From positions 4,550 to 68,549 of the forward strand of contig JAJSLL010000008.1 of assembly GCA_026127935.1 (NCBI GenBank): a stretch of 64,000 bases of DNA, written 5' to 3'. Made by a program: the position numbers and the translations under genes. The notes below the pieces were generated by a model that worked only from the letters and a program-made list of their open reading frames with translations, ran no database searches and had not been told where the DNA came from. This document shows, one piece after another, positions 27,152 to 36,735 of this stretch (its first letter is position 1; each line of letters opens with the position of its first letter). Source of the stretch: Thermoplasmatales archaeon (GTDB taxonomy: Archaea > Thermoplasmatota > Thermoplasmata > Thermoplasmatales > GCA-001856825).

Positions 27152-30100
27152 TCACTTGTATTTCTTGGGTATCATCTGCTCGTACCATTTCTCAGTGACC
27201 TCATCGGTCTCAGGTCTCTCCAGTTTTATATTGATTGACTGAAGGTATTTCGAAATCCTCTTCTTCGTTTCATCTCTGAGTTCGGTAGTAATGGAGAGCT
27301 TGTTTCCTGATCTCTTCCCTTTGAAGAATATAGGATCGTATCCATCCCTTAGAAGGACCATCTTTCCCTGCGGTTTCCATCCGAGTATCAGGGAAACGTG
27401 CTCCATAGGGAGTGTCCTTGGCAATAACACAACATCCTCACCTCTTGTCGGAGGGGAGAAGCTCTCGTGCTTCCAGGTGTACATTATCTCGTCCCTGGAT
27501 TTTAGCGGAAGAATTCTCTGGAATTTCCCCTGTTCAATCCCCTTCGAGAGGTAGCTCGAGATGAAATTTCCGTTCATTGATTGGCCAAGGATATTGGACA
27601 GTATCCTTCCATTGAATATACCCAGTTCTTTTGATATTCTGTCCATTGCGGATTCACTGTTATCAAGAATCTGGGTGAGCTGATATCTACCCTTGTTGTC
27701 TTTGTATACTATGCACTTTTTCAACATTTCATTCAGGTAGTTCAGTGTTTGATTTATAGTAAAACAGGACCGTTCAACGATTGCTTCCCTCGAGAGAGTA
27801 GGCATTTTTCTTATAATCTCGTAAAGCTTCTTTGCATTGTCGCTGAGGGAGTTGTACTTGATCGAAGCAAGAAGTGCAACGTTCTCCTTGCTGAGGTAGC
27901 CCTGTGAACCGTCAACCAGGTAACCTTGAACTGCCAGGTTGCTCATCACCAACTTTTCGAGATCGATGCTTCTGTTGCTCTTCATCATGAGCTCAAAATT
28001 GCCCTTGTAGCCAAGTATTGAATCTAAAGCAACGACCGGATCCGAGTGCTTGTATCCATTTGTGAAGTGATGCTTCTTCACGAGGTAATGAATCATCTGT
28101 TCCTCATCCATGGACAAGTCGTCAACTGTCGTTCCATTTACCATGAAATTTCTTACCATTGAGTAACCAATAATCTCCATCTGTTCTTTTTCTGGTATCG
28201 GAAATGGAATTCTCCTGATCACAAGAGAATCGAATTTTTCTATCTTTGAAATTTCATTGACAACTTCCATTACCTGTTCAAAATTACCCGCATAATCTCC
28301 AGTGATTTCGAAAATCTCTAGGATGCCATTCTCTGTTGCGGTCTCAATACCCAGACGGACAGCCCCGTCCTCAAGAAGGAAGAAAGTCATTCCTTCCCCT
28401 GTTTCACCCTCGATCCTCTCTCTGTTCATGAGGAAGAGTGGGTCCGTTGTGCTTATGACTGCCTTCTGTTTTGAAAACGCCAGGTCGGTGTATAGGTATG
28501 TAGAGTGGCCACTGACCATCTTCTTGACGTTCAACTTTCCTATGTATTTTCTCACCAACACCCCGAAGGTCTGAACGATTTCTTCGATGCTGATCGGGCC
28601 GTAGGTTGAGATGAATTTCTCGAGAAGTTCTAAAGGTTCCTGTGGCTCCACCTTTACGTTCGCCGGTTTACCATCCTTCAGAACAACGTAGTTGTTCTTC
28701 ATCAGTTTCTCGAAAGTGGTCTCCTCGATGTCCTCCACTCCGTACCCTCCCTTCTTTACCTGATCTGTGACGTATTTGTCCTCTCTGCTTAGTTCTTCAA
28801 TCCTGTTGAGTGATATCATCTGTGGCAGGTACTTTTCGTCGAAGAATCCCTTTATCGAACCTGCAAAATGACCCCAAACTATGCCCTTTGAATTAATTTC
28901 CTCAGTTGAGTACCCTCTAACAGCCAGTGAATTTTCGGAGCTTGCCACGAGGTAACTATCAAAATAACTCTTACCCCTTCTCTCCAAAGACCTGTTCAAC
29001 CTAATGCGTCCAATTTCTACCTCGTCCGTCGATCTTAATTTCTTCAGATCTTCTGACAGAATGTATTGCCTATCAACCTTCGGGAAGAATCGCCCTGAAA
29101 CGATCACTTTCTTGGTGGTCAGATCTTCGATAACTTCCTCAAGTTCGTTCATTTGGCCCATTCTGTCTACGATCTCGTTGAAGGTTAGAGGCCCATTTTG
29201 CCACAACAACCAGAGCACTACTCTCTTAACCGATTCCACCTTCTCTGCCATGTCGACTTTTCTGTTATACCACTTCACCCTGTTCCCGTGTCTCAGGAAA
29301 TAAGCGGTGTATGCTCTTTCCATCTTTCTAAGGGCAATGAGCGCATACCCTGGATCGAGGTTGTTGTCCTTGGCGATCAAATTCGTACTTTCTCCATCTT
29401 TGAAATCTAACTTATCCTCGCTCTCCTGCATGAAGACTGATGCGAGATATGGTACGTTTTCCTTGAGTGTGTAGGTTGTTTTTCCCGTGAAAACGGGTAC
29501 AATTTCCCCACTTGTAAGGTACTCGGAAACTGCCTTGAAGTAGTCTTCAGGAACATCCGCCTTCTTGAGAGGTGAAAATGAAACGGTCGAATAGATGTCA
29601 GCGAATCCGGCCTTGCGGAGGAATTCAATGATTCCATTATTAGAGTCTATCAGCTGCTTTGATTCTTGGTAATTTATCAGCGACTCTATGTCTACTTCGG
29701 AACTCCCTTCCAATCCCATCTTTGCAAGGAGAGCTTCCTGCAATTCCCGGATAATTGCACTCTTGTCTTCCATTAGCACCACATCGGTGATACCGGTGGA
29801 TATTATGCCGAAACCAAACGGGCTGGGGTATCTGGTATAATCCCTCGCAACGACCTTTATGTCGCCGTCCCTGATGGAAGTTAGGATCTTCTCTGAGTTT
29901 CCGAGGTCCATGACAATGCCTTCTATCTCTCTGAACGTTTCCTCTATTATCGGGAAATTTTCCATTGAAAACAGTATGTTGAGAACCTTTTCGCTTCTGA
30001 GTTGTTGTCTGGCCACAGAGACCTCTCTACCTCTGTATCTTCTAAGAACCATGAAGGAACGTGTGGCGCAGTGCCTGAACCTCTGCTTGAATAGTTCTGT

Positions 30101-32248
30101 GGACTTGACCGCATTTCTCAGGGAGCCTCCAATTTTTATCGTTTGCAACAGGTCCTGTATTTTCGCAACTTCTACTTTCCGGTTGAAGGTCAGCATGAAA
30201 CCATCATCCGTGAGAGATATCCTAGAATTCACGGAGAAATTCCTTGAGATGTTGAACGCGATGATCCTGCTGAGCGCGTCGTTCACCCTCCTCCCATAAG
30301 CAAAGTGGAAAATGACTGAAAACTGTCCGGCTTTGTCAATATACCCTTCAATCAACAAACTATCGTGAGTGGGGACGCCATAGTCCATCTGGTTCGTGAT
30401 ATATGAAATGACACTCCTGACACTATTCTCATCAGCCGCATATTCATTCTTGAGAAATTCCTCAGCGGTTCCGCTCTTCATTCTTTCTTCAAGATTCTTT
30501 CGGAATTTTCCAACTTCAATTGAAAGGTCAAAAGTTCTGGGGAGCATCTCTCCTACCCAGGATGGTACTGTCGGTTTCCTTCCAGAGGCGTCCTTTATGA
30601 AAACTTTATTCCCCCTCATTCGGAGGAATTCATATGTTCTAGCACCGAGGACGAATATGTCTCCCCTGTGAAGTTTCTCAACGAACTTCTCAGAGAGAGA
30701 TCCAAGGTGCCTGTTATCGACTGAGAACGCGTCGTAATCAGCTTCCTCAGGAATCGTACCTGCATTTGTAAAATATATGAGTCGAGTGCTCTTCTTCCTA
30801 CCGAAGGTGTGTTCCTTCTTGTCCCACCATATCTTGGAATAAACATTACCCTCTTCAAATCCTCCCGAGAGATAATTGAGCACGTTTAGAAAATCGCCTT
30901 CACTAAGATCCTTGTAACAGTATGTTCTCCTGACAACGTCTAGAGCCTCGCTTTCGTTCCATTTCTTCTCAAGGGATATCCCTGCAATGAACTGGCTAAG
31001 GACATCCAGCGAATACTTTGGAATCGCTATTCGATCAAGCTTCTTCAGCTTGGCTTCCTTGACCAGGACCAGTGACTCCACTAGGTCATCTATATCCATT
31101 GGAATGATCCTGCCCTTTGCAGTAGCGAAAACTGAGTGACCGGACCTACCAACCCTCTGAAGACCTTTTGCGATACCCTTCGGAGAACCAACCTGAACCA
31201 CCAGGTCAATGCTTCCTATGTCTATACCAAGTTCCAGTGAAGTAGATGAGACTGCACATTTTAGCTCGCCCTTCTTCAGCCTTTCCTCCACATTGAAACG
31301 TGACTCTTTTGACAAGCTCGAGTGGTGGGCTTCAAGGTCAAGTATACCCCTTTCTATTAGTTTGGATGATACCCTTTCAGCTCCGCTCCTAGTGTTCGTA
31401 AAAACTAAGGTGGTGGTGTGTTCTTTGACCATGGCTTCGATTATGTCGTACGTCCTCTCGTTTATCTGCTCCTGAGGAGCAGCAAAGAGGTCTGAGACGG
31501 GGCATACCACTCTCATATCTAGATTTTTGTTGGATTCGGCTTCAACAATGTGCACATCCAACTTGTCGACGTTCCCGACCAAGAACCTTGCGATTTCATC
31601 TATGGGTTCGGTGGTTGCAGAAAGCCCTATTCTAGTCATGGTACCGTTTGTGTGTTGAAGGAATTCAATAATCAGACTGAGTAGTTCTCCTCTCTTGTTG
31701 GATGCGAGATCGTGGATTTCGTCAACGATCAAGAATTCAACTCCCCTGAATTTTTCCTTGAACTTCGGAGAAAACAGTGCTAGCGCAAGTGACTCGGGAG
31801 TCGTTATGAAGATGTGTGGAGGTGTCTTGTTCATCTTTTGCCTAACATATTGGCTGGTGTCGCCTGATCTCACCCCGACCCTGATCTTCGGTATGTGCAT
31901 CCCTTTGTCCTCTGCGAGCTGCCTTATCTCTTCCAGGGGAACTTCCAGGTTTCTGTGAATGTCGTTAGCAAGTGCCTTGAGAGGTGATACGTATACGCAA
32001 TAGATCTTATCCTCGAGCTTTCCTTCCTTCGCAAGAAGAAAAAGTTCGTTTATTGTAACAAGAAAACCGGAGAGGGTTTTCCCCGTTCCAGTTGGTGAGG
32101 AAATTAGTACATTTTTTCTCTGATGAATTAGAGGAATCCCAATCTTCTGCGCGGTAGTGGCATTGTTGTATTTAGAAGTGAACCACTCCAGCACCAAGGG
32201 ATCAAGATATTGTTCCAGATCGTACTCATTATTACCTCTTATTATCAT
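27152..32248 (-). CDS. lhr: Lhr-type large SF2 helicase (1698 aa)
   Basis: Motif I SPTGTGKT, DEIH (motif II), SAT, and helicase C ..QVGSP...A...QRVGRSGH. followed by the Lhr WH/domain-4 region (..TR.Y.F.R..). About 850 further residues have no motif I can assign. Confidence 0.85.
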   Translation of the reverse strand: MIIRGNNEYDLEQYLDPLVLEWFTSKYNNATTAQKIGIPLIHQRKNVLISSPTGTGKTLSGFLVTINELFLLAKEGKLEDKIYCVYVSPLKALANDIHRNLEVPLEEIRQLAEDKGMHIPKIRVGVRSGDTSQYVRQKMNKTPPHIFITTPESLALALFSPKFKEKFRGVEFLIVDEIHDLASNKRGELLSLIIEFLQHTNGTMTRIGLSATTEPIDEIARFLVGNVDKLDVHIVEAESNKNLDMRVVCPVSDLFAAPQEQINERTYDIIEAMVKEHTTTLVFTNTRSGAERVSSKLIERGILDLEAHHSSLSKESRFNVEERLKKGELKCAVSSTSLELGIDIGSIDLVVQVGSPKGIAKGLQRVGRSGHSVFATAKGRIIPMDIDDLVESLVLVKEAKLKKLDRIAIPKYSLDVLSQFIAGISLEKKWNESEALDVVRRTYCYKDLSEGDFLNVLNYLSGGFEEGNVYSKIWWDKKEHTFGRKKSTRLIYFTNAGTIPEEADYDAFSVDNRHLGSLSEKFVEKLHRGDIFVLGARTYEFLRMRGNKVFIKDASGRKPTVPSWVGEMLPRTFDLSIEVGKFRKNLEERMKSGTAEEFLKNEYAADENSVRSVISYITNQMDYGVPTHDSLLIEGYIDKAGQFSVIFHFAYGRRVNDALSRIIAFNISRNFSVNSRISLTDDGFMLTFNRKVEVAKIQDLLQTIKIGGSLRNAVKSTELFKQRFRHCATRSFMVLRRYRGREVSVARQQLRSEKVLNILFSMENFPIIEETFREIEGIVMDLGNSEKILTSIRDGDIKVVARDYTRYPSPFGFGIISTGITDVVLMEDKSAIIRELQEALLAKMGLEGSSEVDIESLINYQESKQLIDSNNGIIEFLRKAGFADIYSTVSFSPLKKADVPEDYFKAVSEYLTSGEIVPVFTGKTTYTLKENVPYLASVFMQESEDKLDFKDGESTNLIAKDNNLDPGYALIALRKMERAYTAYFLRHGNRVKWYNRKVDMAEKVESVKRVVLWLLWQNGPLTFNEIVDRMGQMNELEEVIEDLTTKKVIVSGRFFPKVDRQYILSEDLKKLRSTDEVEIGRIRLNRSLERRGKSYFDSYLVASSENSLAVRGYSTEEINSKGIVWGHFAGSIKGFFDEKYLPQMISLNRIEELSREDKYVTDQVKKGGYGVEDIEETTFEKLMKNNYVVLKDGKPANVKVEPQEPLELLEKFISTYGPISIEEIVQTFGVLVRKYIGKLNVKKMVSGHSTYLYTDLAFSKQKAVISTTDPLFLMNRERIEGETGEGMTFFLLEDGAVRLGIETATENGILEIFEITGDYAGNFEQVMEVVNEISKIEKFDSLVIRRIPFPIPEKEQMEIIGYSMVRNFMVNGTTVDDLSMDEEQMIHYLVKKHHFTNGYKHSDPVVALDSILGYKGNFELMMKSNRSIDLEKLVMSNLAVQGYLVDGSQGYLSKENVALLASIKYNSLSDNAKKLYEIIRKMPTLSREAIVERSCFTINQTLNYLNEMLKKCIVYKDNKGRYQLTQILDNSESAMDRISKELGIFNGRILSNILGQSMNGNFISSYLSKGIEQGKFQRILPLKSRDEIMYTWKHESFSPPTRGEDVVLLPRTLPMEHVSLILGWKPQGKMVLLRDGYDPIFFKGKRSGNKLSITTELRDETKKRISKYLQSINIKLERPETDEVTEKWYEQMIPKKYK

Positions 32249-32352
32249 TTAAATTCCTGCGTAGTGGGAAAGGTATGTTGAAAACCTATAAAAACATGTG
32301 GAACCACTTTCAAAAACAATCGTGAACCAGATCTCTGATTATTGTTGCAAGA

Positions 32353-33010
32353 TTGAGGACAGAACCAATTTATTTTAGAATTACTAGATGCATTATAGAT
32401 TCTCAGTTGTGGATAAAGGTTGAGGATTATTTCACCGGAAAGTTGGTTGGGCAAGAGAAGTCGTTTTCTGATACTCTTGAGCGACAGGAGAAAAAAAGGT
32501 TTCCCCTCTATCAACGTCCCACAAACTCTGGGAAAGGTGCTTATCCTGCTTGTAAAGTTGATCAAGACAAGGAATGTGCTGGAAATCGACACTTTTTGAG
32601 GTTACGGTTCATTATGACTTGTCAAGGCACTCCCGAACGGAGGTAAAGTTAAGGGCGTGGAAAATGACAGGAGACATGCTGAAGCTTCAATGGTGAATAT
32701 ACAAAAGGCTGCACTTGAAGAAAAGGTAGAGATTCTGATTGGGAATGCAGAAGATACCCTGTCCAATTTGTCTCAAGAACAGGCGAGTACATTCGATCTT
32801 GTCTTCATAGATGCTGACAAAGATAGGAATCCGGTTTATTTAAAATGGGCTTTAAACCTCTCCCATCCCGGCTCAATCATTGTGGTCGACAATGTGGTGA
32901 GAGATGGGAAAGTGGGGGAAGGAAGCGATGGTGATCCATCAGTAAGGGGAACGAGACAGCTGGTGGAACTAGTCAGCAAAGATCAGAGAGTGGAATCCAC
33001 TGCTATATAG
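32353..33010 (+). pseudogene. Class I SAM-dependent O-methyltransferase (family 3, caffeoyl-CoA-OMT-like), disrupted
   Basis: N-terminus (..SQLWIKVEDYFTGKLVGQ..) is in one frame. A +1 shift occurs at the A7 run 32491-32497. It then reads ..GFPSINVPQTLGKVLILLVKLIKTRNVLEIDTF*GYGSL*LVKALP.., with in-frame TGA codons at 32597 and 32615. The C-terminal part (..DLVFIDADK..) is intact. Confidence 0.7.
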
Positions 33011-33088
33011 ACTGTTAGTGGCAAAGGGTATGATGGTTTTATAGTCGTAAGAGTCAAGAATTAATCGGGAGATTCTCTGTTTGACATT

Positions 33089-33415
33089 TCAGAAATTATC
33101 AATGTGGAAGAGGGCCATTTTCTCAAGCAGTTCCTCTATAGAGTCTACATTCCAGAACTTCTTTTTGGAAGAGTTGACATCTATTTCAGGAACTCTACCT
33201 GGATTTTCTGAAAACTCTACTTTGATTATTTTTCCTGAATAATTCTTGATTCCGATTATCTCAAACCCCTTGTAAACCTGCCTCTGGAGAGATAGGTAGA
33301 GTAGTATTTCGTTCCAGAGTGATTTGCTGATCATCCTTTGGTTCTCAAAATTCTCCCTTGCATATTTAACCGCGACGTTCAGGTGGATATTGCCCAGAAT
33401 CCTATCCTCCCTCAC
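33089..33415 (-). CDS. cgi121: KEOPS subunit Cgi121 (N-terminus apparently displaced by a frameshift; see findings)
   Basis: '..KSLWNEILLYLSLQRQVYKGFEIIGIK..' matches the Cgi121 core motif (K.FW.EIL...SG.RQI..AI...G). The frame stays open upstream to 33496 with no canonical start. Confidence 0.7.
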   Translation of the reverse strand: MREDRILGNIHLNVAVKYARENFENQRMISKSLWNEILLYLSLQRQVYKGFEIIGIKNYSGKIIKVEFSENPGRVPEIDVNSSKKKFWNVDSIEELLEKMALFHIDNF

Positions 33416-33482
33416 CAGGGAACAATTGTCGAAACTGTCTGGGCCAACTTCACTAAAGGAATCTAAAAAATAATAGGTGAGA

Positions 33483-35420
33483 TCAACTGGGATTGATCAA
33501 CACCTGTCCCTTAGAGACCGCTAAATCAAACTTAGAAAGCAACGAATTCTTAGACTTAGTTGAAGCTAACACGAGGTTCAGCACATCGCTAATAGTCTTG
33601 ACTACGTGAATCTGTATCTTGGCCTTCTGCGTCTCTTCTAGAACTATATCATCTCTGTTGCTCTCTGGAACGATGACGTTCTTGAATCCAGCTTCTATTG
33701 CTGCCTCAACCTTTGCAGTCACTCCTCCAACGGGAAGGACCTGCCCTCTGATCGAAAGAGAACCAGTCATTGCGAACGACTGGTCAACGGGAATTGCTTC
33801 CATAGCTGACACTACTGCGGTTGCTATTGTGATGCTTGCAGAATCACCCTCTACTCCCTCATAACTGCCTATAAATTGAATGTGCACATCGTGGTTCGCT
33901 ATGTCCTGGCCGGTATATTTCTTGATGACAGCAGAAACGTTCTGGACAGCTTCCTTTGCGATGTCTCCAAGTTTTCCGGTTGCAATAACTTTACCGCTTT
34001 CCTTTTCCTGGGCAGGTGTCACTTCAGCCGCCACAGGCATCACGATGCCGGAATACTCTGCCATACCTGAGCCGGCACTAAAAACAGCAAGGCCATTCAC
34101 AATTCCTATAGAATATCCTTCGTTGATGAAGGTGTTGTAGTTCTTGTAGGCCTCAATGTGCTTGTCTGCGATCTGTTGTTCGAGCGGCCTTGCCTTTAGT
34201 TTGGCCTTGATGACATGCTCTGCGCTGACGACCGCTGCCGCAGACTGTACCGCTAGATCTCCTGCGATCCTTATCAGGCCACCCATTTCTCTTAACCTGA
34301 GTGTGAGTTTTCCTTTCCTTCCGGCCCTCTTCTGAGCTTCCCTTATGACCTCCGCTATGGCAGTATAATCGAATGCTGGAATCTTCTTGTCTTTCAGGAC
34401 TTCCTGACCAACGAACCGCATCACTTTCTCCCTGTTTTCTTCAGTGTCGTCCATCATGGTGTTCATGTACACTTCATAGCCGTATCCTCTTATTCTAGAC
34501 CTGAGCGCAGGGTGCAGGCCCTGAACCGCATCGAGATTTCCTGACGCGACCAAAATGAAGTCACACGGGACCATCTCCGTCTGTACAAGCGCTCCGGCAG
34601 ATCTCTCACTCTGACCGGAAATGGTGTATTTCTTCTCTTGCATTGCAGTAAGAAGGCTCTGCTGACTCTCCATCTTTAGAGTGTTGATTTCATCTATGAA
34701 AAGGACTCCTTTGTTTGATTTGTGGATATTTCCAGCTTCCACTCTAAGGTGAGCTGGTGTCTCAAGACCCCCAGACTGGAACGGATCGTGCCTTACGTCT
34801 CCAAGAAGTGCTCCTGCCTGAGCTCCCGTGGAATCCACGAAAGGAGCCTTATCGTCCTTGTCGTGACCCACTAGCAGCTTTGGCACCAGAGTCTTGTCTT
34901 CCCTTGCCACGGGCCCCATATTAAGAGCAATATAGAGAAATGCGGCGGCCATAATTGCCAGGAAAATTGGGGTCGAGTCAATCGTGTGACTGCTGGGATA
35001 GTTAATGAATGCAAATATGAGACCGATTACGACTATGAAAATCACCAGGATCCTGACACTCCTCTGTCTCTCGGTCTTCTCCTGATCTGACCTCTTCTGG
35101 TAGTCCTTGGTGATCTCTTTGCCCTTCCCCGCCGGTACGGTCACTATCTTGGGACGATTTGCATCTTCTGGATTGTGAAATACCAGGATATCTTCCAGCT
35201 CTTCCTTTGGAATGAAATCTGTCATGGATTGAGCCAGCATGGACTTCCCTGTTCCCGGTTCTCCTATCAAAATGACGTGCCTCTTCTGCTTAGCTGCCCT
35301 CTTAATGACTTCGACACCTTGGTCCTGACCTATGACCTGGTCAACCAATCTCTCAGGTATCTTGATGTCATTTGTAGTGTTGACACCCTTAGACTTTATC
35401 CATTCTGATAATTCGTCCAT
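33483..35420 (-). CDS. lon: Archaeal membrane-bound Lon protease (LonB)
   Basis: Walker A GEPGTGKS, two TM helices inserted in the AAA+ module, and a C-terminal Ser-Lys protease domain (..TGSLSIRG.V.PVGG...K..). Confidence 0.9.
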   Translation of the reverse strand: MDELSEWIKSKGVNTTNDIKIPERLVDQVIGQDQGVEVIKRAAKQKRHVILIGEPGTGKSMLAQSMTDFIPKEELEDILVFHNPEDANRPKIVTVPAGKGKEITKDYQKRSDQEKTERQRSVRILVIFIVVIGLIFAFINYPSSHTIDSTPIFLAIMAAAFLYIALNMGPVAREDKTLVPKLLVGHDKDDKAPFVDSTGAQAGALLGDVRHDPFQSGGLETPAHLRVEAGNIHKSNKGVLFIDEINTLKMESQQSLLTAMQEKKYTISGQSERSAGALVQTEMVPCDFILVASGNLDAVQGLHPALRSRIRGYGYEVYMNTMMDDTEENREKVMRFVGQEVLKDKKIPAFDYTAIAEVIREAQKRAGRKGKLTLRLREMGGLIRIAGDLAVQSAAAVVSAEHVIKAKLKARPLEQQIADKHIEAYKNYNTFINEGYSIGIVNGLAVFSAGSGMAEYSGIVMPVAAEVTPAQEKESGKVIATGKLGDIAKEAVQNVSAVIKKYTGQDIANHDVHIQFIGSYEGVEGDSASITIATAVVSAMEAIPVDQSFAMTGSLSIRGQVLPVGGVTAKVEAAIEAGFKNVIVPESNRDDIVLEETQKAKIQIHVVKTISDVLNLVLASTKSKNSLLSKFDLAVSKGQVLINPS

Positions 35421-35485
35421 TCGGTGGTCAAGTGAAAATCCCTAATTAAGCGTTTTGTTGTTGAAGTTACATTTCACCCTCTCGG

Positions 35486-36325
35486 ATGAGCTTTAATCCT
35501 CAAAGCACATCCCCCCTTATGATCTTGGACGGCAGACCTATTGCCAAAGAAATGCTCCAAGAAGTTAGAGAGGGTGTTTCCGAATACGGAAAGATCACCA
35601 TGGCCTCGGTCGCTTATGAGGAAGATCAGGAATCAATAGTATATTTCAACAACATCAAGAAGAATGCCGAAAGAGTGGGAATGAACTTCACCCCCCTTGT
35701 GATCAAGGGAGAGGAATTGTTGGGGACGATAGAGAGGCTCAATACCGATTCGACCTTAGATGCGGTAATCGTCGGAAGACCATTCCCTAAGGGCATTTCC
35801 AACGAAATGGTCTCGGAGGCACTTGATCCGGACAAGGATGTCGACTGCGTAACGTATCAGAATCTTGGACGGCTTTATTTTGGCTTAGAAAGAATAGCCC
35901 CTGCAACACCAAAGGCTTCCCTCGACATCCTGAAACATTATGGTGTTAATTTGAAGGGAAAGAAGGTACTGGTAATAAACAGGTCAGTGACTGTCGGCAG
36001 ACCACTGTCTCAGATGCTTTTGAACAGGGACGCTACCGTAACAGTAGCGCACAGCAAGACCCAGAACATGGAGGAGTTGATAGAGGAAAATGAGATTGTA
36101 TTCCTTGCTGTGGCAAAGGCGGGATACCTGAAGGCGTCCACTATAAAGTCGAAGAAAACAGTGGTGGATATCGGGATTAACGTGGTAAATGGAAAGGTTA
36201 GGGGTGACTTCGAACTTGATGGAGAAAATGAACTGGTAGACTACACCCCAGTACCGGGAGGAGTCGGAACAGTTACAAGTGTCGAAATACTGAAAAATGC
36301 ATTGGAACTAGTAAAGTCCAGATAA
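35486..36325 (+). CDS. folD: Bifunctional methylenetetrahydrofolate dehydrogenase/cyclohydrolase
   Basis: '..TPKASLDILKHYG..L.GKKVLVINRS..VG.PL..ML...ATVT.AHS.T..' and a C-terminal PVPGGVG. Confidence 0.9.
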   Translation: MSFNPQSTSPLMILDGRPIAKEMLQEVREGVSEYGKITMASVAYEEDQESIVYFNNIKKNAERVGMNFTPLVIKGEELLGTIERLNTDSTLDAVIVGRPFPKGISNEMVSEALDPDKDVDCVTYQNLGRLYFGLERIAPATPKASLDILKHYGVNLKGKKVLVINRSVTVGRPLSQMLLNRDATVTVAHSKTQNMEELIEENEIVFLAVAKAGYLKASTIKSKKTVVDIGINVVNGKVRGDFELDGENELVDYTPVPGGVGTVTSVEILKNALELVKSR

Positions 36326-36372
36326 CATTTATTAATAGTTATATCATACCTTCCGACCCAGGTGCTTAACAA

Positions 36373-36729
36373 ATGGGTGTAAACGAAAAGGATGAAAGGG
36401 AAAAACTTGCGTTAGAGATGAAGAAGACTGCCTTAGATAACGATTCAAGATTCTGGGGCGACGTGGCGACTAGGATCAGAAAGTCTAAAGACAATCTGGT
36501 TGAGGTAAATGTTGGAAAGATTTCACGTTTCGCCACCACAGACGAGACCGTTGTAGTTCCTGGAGTAGTACTGGGTTCGGGAAGAATCGAGGAACCCGTA
36601 AAGGTGGCTGCACTGTACTTCTCAAAGTCTGCAAGATCCAAGATAGAAGAGGCAGGCGGAAAGGCTATTACACTCAGAGAATTGATGAGCGAGAATTCAA
36701 AAGGCACCAAAGTAAAGATAATAGGGTGA
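36373..36729 (+). CDS. rpl18e: 50S ribosomal protein L18e
   Basis: L18e sequence and a conserved position upstream of rpl13-rps9-rpoN. Confidence 0.9.
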   Translation: MGVNEKDEREKLALEMKKTALDNDSRFWGDVATRIRKSKDNLVEVNVGKISRFATTDETVVVPGVVLGSGRIEEPVKVAALYFSKSARSKIEEAGGKAITLRELMSENSKGTKVKIIG

Positions 36730-36735
36730 TGTGAA

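Noticed and set aside
32597-32617. The idea that in-frame TGA codons (32597, 32615, 38985) are recoded as Trp or Sec, since two sit at likely Trp positions.
   Set aside because: TGA clearly terminates conserved genes here (rpl18e, rpl39e, kdpA, lon). One TGA replaces a Gly. The affected genes also carry frameshifts. No SECIS-like context is evident. Ordinary nonsense mutations (TGG to TGA, GGA to TGA) explain them.
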